This document shows positions 54,342 to 62,073 of a stretch of 64,000 nucleotides of DNA, piece after piece. Positions within the stretch are counted from its first letter, which is position 1. Every line of letters begins with the position of its first letter. The notes under the pieces are model-generated. The model was not told the DNA's origin. It made no database searches and worked only from the letters and a program-made list of their open reading frames with translations. Made by a program: the position numbers and the translations under genes. The stretch is from a virus (lineage: Duplodnaviria; Caudoviricetes), in the IMG/VR virus record IMGVR_UViG_3300032225_002400, positions 1 to 64,000 of that record; one strand, written 5' to 3'.

Positions 54342-57043
54342 ATAAATTTTTTTTCTTGTTTATCAATTAACGAAAATCCTTCTGCTTGGGTAGTTAATCT
54401 ATTATGAACTATTCCAAATTTGTATGGGCTACCATAAAAAATACGGTTAAAAAAAATATCTGACGCATCCCACTTTTCTGTTCTAAGCTTTTCCAAAAGC
54501 CACTTTTTAACACTTTTAGGAAACGCAATACATTGAAGCCCAATTATATGGTCTGTAACAAATAATAAATCTTGGTTAGGTATGGCTTCTCTAACATGAG
54601 ATTGTAACCATCCATGCTCTAAAGTTTTTACATCTCCAAAAGACATATAACCAATTTTATTATCTTCTATTATTTGGTAAGAACTTTCTACTTTATTTAC
54701 AAATTCCTGCATAGGCACTTCTATTATACAATCTCCTTCACATACTACCAAAAAGTCAATACTATCATCAAATTCACTCATTATCCCATTTTTGAAGGAT
54801 TCAAAGCATCCAAAATGAGAGGGTGTAAGGGCTGTTCCCAATTCCTGAACTTGCTGCTCATCGAAGAGTTCCATAGAAACACAATTGGGTCTTTGACAGT
54901 TGTATTTAGGTGGTAAGTCTGCGTAAGGGGTATTTGTGTGTATGATATATTCCCATCCGTAGTTTGCCACATGCTTGAGTGATTCTCTACTTTTTTGTTC
55001 TCTTTCATCATTTATAGTTGTTTGTAAGTGAATTAATCTAATTTTTGGTTTCCTAGTTTTAATCTTATAATGTCCTGTATGCTGAAATTTATCAATCGTT
55101 TTATTATTAAGAACATACTTTTCATTTTTATATATTCTATCTCCATCATAAAAGTCAAGCTCTACTTCAATTTCAAGGCCTTTATATTCAAATTCTTTTT
55201 TAAATTCTGTTGTTTTATCAATTTGCCATTTGTATATAAAAAAATCTTGCCCTGATTCACGCATAGTTATATTAACCTTTCTATTATCTACATTATAAGT
55301 ATAGAAATAAAACATATAATTGTTAGGCCTATTTACAATAGGTATTATTGAGTAATATTCACTATTAGAAGCTACTCCAAGTCCACTATGTTTTAGTAAA
55401 GTTTCTTCTTTATTATGCTCAATCATATAATCTTTTTCTAAACCTCTTAACTTTTTAACTAAATAATCTTCAAGAAAGTTTTGAGCACCAATATTTTCGC
55501 AAATGTTATTGTACTCTTCAGTAGTTCTAACATCATCAAAAGTGTTTAAAAAAAAGTCCACTTCAAAAGCCATACCATTTGTCTGAATACCTTTACCAAA
55601 AGGTGTGTTTAAACTACCTAAATAGGCTTTATATAAATATGGATTTGTTTTATCTCCAATATCTAATGCTTTTTCAATTACAGGTATATCTCTAGCATCT
55701 AAAACAACATCATAAGTAGTATAAAAGAACGCTTCATATCCCAATGATTTTGCGGCCTTTGCGCCATTAAATAAATTAGTCAAAACAGTTAATGACTGAT
55801 TACTATTCTTCAGGCCATTAATATTAATTTCAGCATGAAAATCATTTGTATATCTATAAAATCTAGTATAGTAAGAATGATGAGTTAGTGGGTTATGTTT
55901 ATCATATATGTAATAGTCTACCATTTTTTGAATATCTTCATCAACAGGATAGTGAGATAACAGCATAATCTTTCTACCTAATGGCTTTAAGCTATTAATA
56001 GTGTCTTTTGTTAATTGTACTCTACTTTCTAAATTAGGCCAAGTACCTACAATTATTAGCTCTCTTTTATTGTTAGTTGCTTTTGCTTGAGTTAATTGTA
56101 AAACCTTTTCAGCATCTTCAGAAAGATTTCCTGTTAAATAATGAAAGTCTTCGTACTCATTCCATCTATTCAAATAGACATCTAAGTTGTAGATAAGTTT
56201 GGGTAATTGTTTATACTCAGCAGCTTCTTTTATGACAATAGGGTTCAATTCCTTATTTCCTCTGTCTCCTTTAGATGGGAAGAAGAAAAGGTCAGCAGCT
56301 TTAATAAAGTCTTCTGTATCGCCTCTTTCACCCCAAATAACGCAGTTTTCAGGCTTTTTATCCATTAATGGTTTCCAATAGCTTTCAAAATTACCTGCTT
56401 GATTGCCTAAGAAGTGAAATTTAATTTTGTAATATTTGAGCTTTTCTGCCATTTCAAATCCATATTTTTGGTTCTTTCTAGGGGTAAATAAACCAATTAT
56501 TACTGCATGTTTGTACTCATGCTCAAGACCTAGTTTCTCTCTTGCTATTCTTTTATTTGAAGTTTTTGCATCTATAGGGTATTCAATGATTTCTTGAGGT
56601 ATATCCAAATGGTCATATTTCATAATATTGTATGGGCTAACAAATACAAACTTGTCAGGCATCCATTTTTTGTTTTTTGGATTAAAACTGCTATCATGAG
56701 TTGATTCTACTATTTTCCAAGTTCTTGTTTCAGAATATAAAAAACTTGACATTTCATCATTCATAAACATTTCGGGGAACTCTTCCATACTGATAACATC
56801 AGGTTTGAAATCATCAATAATAGACTTCATTTCATCAAGCTTATTATGATTTAAAGAATGAAAATTATTTTGTCCAACTAGATTAATAATTCTATTTCTT
56901 TGTACAACAAAAGACCAAGCAAGAAAAGAATGTTCAATGACTTTAATATCAAAATCATTTTTGATTAATTCTACTTTTTTAACTGAACATTGTGGAGCTC
57001 CGCCTGTTGATAAGTGTGGAGTAATAATTAATAATTTCTTCAT
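54338..57043 (-). CDS. Multidomain glycosyltransferase (N-terminal GT-B, C-terminal GT-A-like)
   Basis: Minus strand (CAT 57041-57043). 'PHLSTGGAPQ', 'GLFTPRKNQ', 'E.NPIVIKEA', C-terminal 'GCFESF...VCEGDC'. Confidence 0.8.
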   Translation of the reverse strand: MKKLLIITPHLSTGGAPQCSVKKVELIKNDFDIKVIEHSFLAWSFVVQRNRIINLVGQNNFHSLNHNKLDEMKSIIDDFKPDVISMEEFPEMFMNDEMSSFLYSETRTWKIVESTHDSSFNPKNKKWMPDKFVFVSPYNIMKYDHLDIPQEIIEYPIDAKTSNKRIAREKLGLEHEYKHAVIIGLFTPRKNQKYGFEMAEKLKYYKIKFHFLGNQAGNFESYWKPLMDKKPENCVIWGERGDTEDFIKAADLFFFPSKGDRGNKELNPIVIKEAAEYKQLPKLIYNLDVYLNRWNEYEDFHYLTGNLSEDAEKVLQLTQAKATNNKRELIIVGTWPNLESRVQLTKDTINSLKPLGRKIMLLSHYPVDEDIQKMVDYYIYDKHNPLTHHSYYTRFYRYTNDFHAEININGLKNSNQSLTVLTNLFNGAKAAKSLGYEAFFYTTYDVVLDARDIPVIEKALDIGDKTNPYLYKAYLGSLNTPFGKGIQTNGMAFEVDFFLNTFDDVRTTEEYNNICENIGAQNFLEDYLVKKLRGLEKDYMIEHNKEETLLKHSGLGVASNSEYYSIIPIVNRPNNYMFYFYTYNVDNRKVNITMRESGQDFFIYKWQIDKTTEFKKEFEYKGLEIEVELDFYDGDRIYKNEKYVLNNKTIDKFQHTGHYKIKTRKPKIRLIHLQTTINDEREQKSRESLKHVANYGWEYIIHTNTPYADLPPKYNCQRPNCVSMELFDEQQVQELGTALTPSHFGCFESFKNGIMSEFDDSIDFLVVCEGDCIIEVPMQEFVNKVESSYQIIEDNKIGYMSFGDVKTLEHGWLQSHVREAIPNQDLLFVTDHIIGLQCIAFPKSVKKWLLEKLRTEKWDASDIFFNRIFYGSPYKFGIVHNRLTTQAEGFSLIDKQEKKFI

Positions 57044-58002
57044 AGTTCTTTTTTAATTACAGTAATAACTTGCTCTACAGATGGATGACATTCGTAGGTT
57101 TCTTTTTTTTCTAAGCACCCAATCAATGGTTGTACAGAATCTATTGTAGGCCAATATTCAAGAGCATATTTCATATTAGAAGAACAATGTAATTGACAGC
57201 CTCCTTTAATGTATGTATGTTTCCATCCTTGTTGTCCATGTCTATAAGGTGTTCTAAATTCAGGATTAATTGCAGAACCTAGCTCAAATATATGTGTCTT
57301 TGTTGTACCTGATAAATGTAGAATACCACTATCCATAGTGATAACAGCTTCGGCATTATTGATTATGTGCCAAGTCTGAGATATGCTAGTTTTATTCATT
57401 AGGTTAATTACATCACCATCCATTTGATGAACAGGTTTTTGTACACTAAAGAAGCCTTTTTCAGAACTATCTTTTCCAACCGCTACTACATTATATCCTA
57501 ATTTATTTAATTCATCAACTAATTTTAACCAATTATCTTGTGACCATGTTCTATTAGGCCAACTATTTACTGGATGTATTACTACATATCTCTTACTACC
57601 TGATGTACTTTTATCACTAAGTCCTTGTATACAAGCATCTTCTTCAGTAGGTATGTAAAAACAATCCATCTCATCTTTATTAAGCATAAAACCTAAATGA
57701 ATAGCATGAAATTGCCTAATATCAATCATATTATGCTTCATTTCTATACCTCTTTCATTTTTTTCACCTACTAGATAAAAAGAGTTATGCATAATATAAT
57801 TTTTGTTAAAATATTCTTTATCAATAGATGAAGCTTTATAGCTTTTTTCTACAAAAGGGTTCATTTTAAACAATTCAGGCAAATTGGAGATAATTGTTAT
57901 TTTTTTTTGATAAGCTTCGCTTATCTTTTTAATGGTAGGAGTAGCACATATTAAGTCTCCTAAACCATTACAGTTAGATAAATCAAGACAAATATTATGC
58001 AT
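57040..58002 (-). CDS. Glycosyltransferase family 9
   Basis: Minus strand (CAT 58000-58002). 'GLGDLICATP', 'HP..SWPNRTW', 'ITMDSGILHL'. Confidence 0.85.
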   Translation of the reverse strand: MHNICLDLSNCNGLGDLICATPTIKKISEAYQKKITIISNLPELFKMNPFVEKSYKASSIDKEYFNKNYIMHNSFYLVGEKNERGIEMKHNMIDIRQFHAIHLGFMLNKDEMDCFYIPTEEDACIQGLSDKSTSGSKRYVVIHPVNSWPNRTWSQDNWLKLVDELNKLGYNVVAVGKDSSEKGFFSVQKPVHQMDGDVINLMNKTSISQTWHIINNAEAVITMDSGILHLSGTTKTHIFELGSAINPEFRTPYRHGQQGWKHTYIKGGCQLHCSSNMKYALEYWPTIDSVQPLIGCLEKKETYECHPSVEQVITVIKKEL

Positions 58003-58074
58003 TTTTAATTATCTTTATTATATAAAAATAACATATTTTACACATATTTTATATATTTACCTTAAAATATTTTT

Positions 58075-58446
58075 ATGATAATTGAAATTAGCATAGGTGA
58101 AGCTTTTGATAGATTAACTATTCTTAAAATTAAATCAGAAAAGATTAAAGATGAGGCAAAGCTAATAAATGTAATAAAAGAGTATTTTTATTTACAAAAT
58201 CTATTAAAGGAAGAATTGGAAGTAGATGAGGATAATGAATATTTTAAAAGATTGTTAAATATAAACTCTAAATTGTGGATTGTAGAAGATAAATTAAGAC
58301 AATATGAGAAAAAACATGAGTTTGGAGAGGATTTTACTAACCTTGCAAGGTCTGTTTATTTACTAAATGATGCTAGAGCAATGATTAAAAAAGAAATAAA
58401 TTTAGATTATGGTAGTAAATTTTTAGAAGAAAAATCTTATAACTAA
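58075..58446 (+). CDS. DUF6165-like protein
   Basis: 'ISIGEAFDRLTILKIK', 'L..IN..LW.VED..R', 'ARSVY..ND.R..IK..IN...GS...EEKSY'. Confidence 0.7.
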   Translation: MIIEISIGEAFDRLTILKIKSEKIKDEAKLINVIKEYFYLQNLLKEELEVDEDNEYFKRLLNINSKLWIVEDKLRQYEKKHEFGEDFTNLARSVYLLNDARAMIKKEINLDYGSKFLEEKSYN

Positions 58447-58458
58447 TTATAAATCAAT

Positions 58459-58923
58459 ATGATAATAGTTTTTTACGGCCAACCTAGTTCAGGAAAGACT
58501 ACTTTAGCTAAGTTACTTCAAGAAAGAATTTTTTTACAAAATCAGCAAACACCAGTAATTATAGATGAAAATGAAATTGAAAAGATTTTTAAACATAAAA
58601 ATAATTCAAAAGAAAATAGATTAAATAATTTAAAAAGAATTAGTGATATTGCTACATTTTTAGAAAGTAAGTATAAATTAGTGATTATAAGTGCAATATA
58701 TCCTATGCAAGATGTAAGATTTTATTTAGATAGTATTTGTATAAATGTTGTTTGGGTTTATTTATTTTATGATGGTATTAGAGAAAAAAAAGATTTAGAT
58801 ATAAAAGATTTTCAAATTCCATATTTAAAAGATGAAAATAACTTTTCAATAAACACTTCTGATTTTAGCCCAAAACTTTGTATTGATAAACTTTTACAAC
58901 ATATAGTTTATAAAAAATACTAA
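58459..58923 (+). CDS. P-loop kinase, adenylylsulfate-kinase-like
   Basis: 'GQPSSGKTTLA', 'R..N..RI..IA..L'. Confidence 0.7.
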   Translation: MIIVFYGQPSSGKTTLAKLLQERIFLQNQQTPVIIDENEIEKIFKHKNNSKENRLNNLKRISDIATFLESKYKLVIISAIYPMQDVRFYLDSICINVVWVYLFYDGIREKKDLDIKDFQIPYLKDENNFSINTSDFSPKLCIDKLLQHIVYKKY

Positions 58924-58989
58924 AAATTAGTCAAAATTTAGTATATAAACGCGGAATTATTATATTTTTATATTAAATTTTAACTACCT

Positions 58990-59292
58990 ATGGCTTCTGA
59001 TTCAACAAGCGCATCATCTAGAACTATAAGTTCAAATGAAAATCTAACTACTCGTGTAAATCATATTGAGAAAACTATAATGAAAATTAGTCCTCAAATT
59101 GATGAAATATATAAAGTTATTGTAGGAAATGATGCATTTCAACAAGAAGGTTTAATTTCAAGAGTAAAAAAACTTGAAGAACAAAATGATAAAAATAATG
59201 CCCTTAGAAATAAATTAATGGGAGCATTCATTTTTGGTGGAGCAGTTTGGACTATAATTTTAGAAGTAATAAAAAATAGATTTTTTAAATGA
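58990..59292 (+). CDS. Coiled-coil protein with C-terminal TM
   Basis: 'GLISRVKKLE', C-terminal TM. Confidence 0.65.
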   Translation: MASDSTSASSRTISSNENLTTRVNHIEKTIMKISPQIDEIYKVIVGNDAFQQEGLISRVKKLEEQNDKNNALRNKLMGAFIFGGAVWTIILEVIKNRFFK

Positions 59293-59726
59293 TACCAAAA
59301 GGAGATATTACAGCTATAAATCCAATGCAAAAAATGTTTTCTAAAGGAGACTTAAAAACCATTGGAACTGCAGATGCAATTGGACAGATTGTTGAAATAG
59401 CATCTTCTGTAGCAGGTGGAGTAGCTGCTATAAATGATGCAAAAAAAGCTCAAGAGTTTAAAAATTATTTGTCTAATCTAAGCGATGACCAACAACAAGC
59501 TTTGATTAATTCCATAGATAAAGCTAAAACAGAAGAAGAGACTTATAGAATTATTGCTGCTGTTATACAAAATGCACAAGCAAAAAGAGTTGAAAACCTT
59601 GCAGGTGTAATAGTTCAACAAGAGCAGATAAATAGAAATATTAGAATAGAAAAAATAGTTATTATATCTTTATTGGGTATTTTAGCTATTGGTTTAATTT
59701 ATTCAACAAAAAAATCAAATGAATAA
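59289..59726 (+). CDS. C-terminal-TM protein, paralog of 60347-60697
   Basis: Shared 'L..L..DQ...L...L/I.KA..E'; TM plus TKKS. Confidence 0.75.
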   Translation: MIPKGDITAINPMQKMFSKGDLKTIGTADAIGQIVEIASSVAGGVAAINDAKKAQEFKNYLSNLSDDQQQALINSIDKAKTEEETYRIIAAVIQNAQAKRVENLAGVIVQQEQINRNIRIEKIVIISLLGILAIGLIYSTKKSNE

Positions 59727-59844
59727 ATACGAAAAAATATTAATTGGAACTTTAGTTAGCATAGCACTAATAAACTTTTATTTGCAATACAAAGCAGGTA
59801 AAAAATTAGATGAAATAAAACAAGTACTTAATGGAAAAACATAA
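59719..59844 (+). CDS. 41-aa N-terminal-TM peptide (not in track)
   Basis: MNKYEKILIGTLVSIALINFYLQYKAGKK... Confidence 0.65.
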   Translation: MNKYEKILIGTLVSIALINFYLQYKAGKKLDEIKQVLNGKT

Positions 59845-60344
59845 TGCAAAACGAAACCATAAAAAGAGAAAACGATAAAAGGATTGATGAATTAGAGGCT
59901 GCTATAGTTGATAATTTCGAGTTGGTAGAATGTCCTGTTGTACATAGATTTACAGATGGAATGTACATTAGAGAGATATTCATGCCAAAAGATTCTTTAT
60001 TAACTAGTAAGATTCATAATACGAATCACCCATATACTATTTCTCAAGGAATAGTTATGGTACAAATTGATGCAGGAGAATGGGTTGAGTTAGCTGCTCC
60101 TTATACAGGTATAACTGTAGCAGGAACTAGAAGAGTTTTATATATTGTTGAAGATTGTATTTGGACAACATATCATCCATTTGAAGATATGAAATTGTCC
60201 TATAATGATTTAACTGAAGAGGAAAAACAAAATATAGTAGATGAAATTGAAAATGAAATAATAGAACCTCATCAAAATTATATTACAGGAACTAATATTC
60301 ATTTAGATTATAAACAAAAGATTGATAAAAATAAAATTGGTTAA
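59844..60344 (+). CDS. Cupin-like protein
   Basis: 'HRFTDGMYIREIFMP....TSKIH...H'. Confidence 0.7.
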   Translation: MQNETIKRENDKRIDELEAAIVDNFELVECPVVHRFTDGMYIREIFMPKDSLLTSKIHNTNHPYTISQGIVMVQIDAGEWVELAAPYTGITVAGTRRVLYIVEDCIWTTYHPFEDMKLSYNDLTEEEKQNIVDEIENEIIEPHQNYITGTNIHLDYKQKIDKNKIG

Positions 60345-60346
60345 TT

Positions 60347-60697
60347 ATGGCATGGTTAATGACAGGAGCATCAGTTGTTCAAGCAGGTACTGCAGTAGCA
60401 AGTACAATTGCAAGTACAAGAGATAATAGATTAAGAACACAATATGAACAACAATTAGGTTTATTAGATTTTGACCAAAAAAAGCAGTTAAATGATGCTT
60501 TATTAAAAGCCCAAGATGAAACATCTAGACAGCAAATATTAGCTAATGCTTTAGGAGGTGTTAGTCAAGCTAGAGTACAAACTTTTGGAAATATTGCTTT
60601 AGAAAGAGAAAAAACTAATCAAGTTGTAACTATTCTAGGGGTTGTTGCAGGTATTGGTCTTTTAGGTTTCTTATTATACACAACTAAAAAATCTTAA
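60347..60697 (+). CDS. C-terminal-TM protein, paralog of 59289-59726
   Basis: As above. Confidence 0.75.
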   Translation: MAWLMTGASVVQAGTAVASTIASTRDNRLRTQYEQQLGLLDFDQKKQLNDALLKAQDETSRQQILANALGGVSQARVQTFGNIALEREKTNQVVTILGVVAGIGLLGFLLYTTKKS

Positions 60698-60698
60698 A

Positions 60699-61061
60699 AT
60701 GGCAATTTTAGAAGGACAAATACTAACGCCAAATAAAAAGTCAATGTTGGCAGATGAGCTTAAAATTGAGTTAGATAACTTGAATAAAACTATCGCTGTT
60801 GGTGGTATTGATGCAGGTCAAAAAGAAGCAGTAGATGCAAGTAAAGTAGCTATTCAAAAAGTTTTAAATAACATATTAAGTAAAAAAGGAGTTGTTACTC
60901 CTGATGAAACTGATGACGCTTTAAAAAAAATAGACGAAGCTAAAAGAGCAAGACTTCAAAATGATTTTTATGGTAGCATAAAGAAATATGGAATTTATAT
61001 AGCTCTTGTAGTAGCAGCTGGAGTTGGATTATATTATTATACAAAAAATAGTGCAAAATGA
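60699..61061 (+). CDS. C-terminal-TM helical protein
   Basis: TM plus TKNSAK. Confidence 0.7.
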   Translation: MAILEGQILTPNKKSMLADELKIELDNLNKTIAVGGIDAGQKEAVDASKVAIQKVLNNILSKKGVVTPDETDDALKKIDEAKRARLQNDFYGSIKKYGIYIALVVAAGVGLYYYTKNSAK

Positions 61062-61390
61062 ACACGAATGTAAAAAAACTTTTATTAATTTTTGGTGGTG
61101 GATTTTTACTTTTTTGGGCTTTTAAAAAAATAAAGCCTATTGATGTTAAAAAGAAAACTATTTCTAAAGCAGATTCAAATGCTTCTGCTGATGGAAATTC
61201 TGAGGAAAAAATTAAAAATGCTAAAATATGCTTAAAAGCATTTATAGAAGCAAAAAAAGCAGGTGAAACAAAAGAATTTTTATCTGATATGAATAGAGAG
61301 TTTTCTAAAGAGTATGGATTAAAAGTAATGCCAAATAAAAGTAATGGCAAATTATTTATAGCTGATTTAGAAGGAAATAAAGTTATATAA
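61058..61390 (+). CDS. N-terminal-TM protein
   Basis: 'LLLIFGGGFLLFWAFKK'. Confidence 0.7.
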   Translation: MNTNVKKLLLIFGGGFLLFWAFKKIKPIDVKKKTISKADSNASADGNSEEKIKNAKICLKAFIEAKKAGETKEFLSDMNREFSKEYGLKVMPNKSNGKLFIADLEGNKVI

Positions 61391-61401
61391 CTTAAATAAG
61401 A

Positions 61402-62073
61402 ATGGCAGAAGTACAAGCGATAGCATTAACGCAGGAACAACTACTGCAATTTCAAATAGTAAATAATACAAATTTTGCTATTCCTAACATTCCTTTTTTA
61501 ACACAGAATGATAGTTTTAATGCTACAACTCAATATCAATATACACTTCCTGCTAACTTAAATATACCAACAGTTATTACACCTGTAGTTACTACTTTAC
61601 TAACACCTGCATTACAAACTGTAATTCCAATAAATGTTACTACAGGAACGCAATTGACTTATGAGCAAATAACTACATCAATAAGTACTAATAATTATAG
61701 TTCTAATTTCTTTTATGCTCAATCTGTAAATTGTAATCAAGTAGGACAAGTATTTACTTATAATGATTCAGATATTGCAGGTAATGGTACAGTAAATGCA
61801 CTACCATTTACTTTAGACCCATATCAAAGACAATGCGCTGTTTATTACTATCCGCCTGAAAATCTTGTTAATTTCAATGGAACTAGTTCATTAAATTTTA
61901 CTATGCTTCCAGATACTACATTAAATTTAAAAATATTTTCAAGTAGCACTTCTCCATCACAAATATTAAACGAAATAACTGGATATAAAGATAATACATT
62001 TACTGAAATAGAAACAGCTTTAGGGTCTGATGTATTTACTGATTATTGTAACTATTTAATTGATACAGAATAA
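61402..62073 (+). CDS. Paralog of the 35886 capsid candidate (second or minor capsid protein)
   Basis: 'LTYEQI...Q..Q....D..GN......DPYQRQ...F.G...L.F' aligns with 'VTYYNL...Q..Q....D..GN......DPYQQQ...I.G...L.F'. Confidence 0.6.
   Translation: MAEVQAIALTQEQLLQFQIVNNTNFAIPNIPFLTQNDSFNATTQYQYTLPANLNIPTVITPVVTTLLTPALQTVIPINVTTGTQLTYEQITTSISTNNYSSNFFYAQSVNCNQVGQVFTYNDSDIAGNGTVNALPFTLDPYQRQCAVYYYPPENLVNFNGTSSLNFTMLPDTTLNLKIFSSSTSPSQILNEITGYKDNTFTEIETALGSDVFTDYCNYLIDTE

Noticed and set aside
52241-58002. Track strand '+' for the four glycosyltransferase ORFs
   Set aside because: The listed proteins are read from the reverse complement (CAT at 53317, 54341, 57043, 58002; CTA at 52241). The + strand there has only short spurious ORFs.
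52241-58002. Block being an artificial or assembly inversion
   Set aside because: Its last codons form one arm of a good terminator hairpin whose other arm lies outside the block, and a divergent AT-rich promoter gap exists at 58003-58074. Read mapping would settle it.
58459-58923. Auxiliary sulfur-metabolism gene (cysC)
   Set aside because: Only the P-loop and general fold resemble APS kinase; the substrate cannot be inferred and no other sulfur genes are nearby.
8731-61416. Short antisense or nested ORFs in the track (e.g. 8731-8976, 13024-13314, 16286-16501, 17843-18118, 22508-22735, 29850-30110, 30807-31022, 47135-47458, 54674-54916, 60940-61416)
   Set aside because: They lie within longer well-supported genes, have shadow compositions (F/L/S-rich or mirrored repeats) and lack start contexts.
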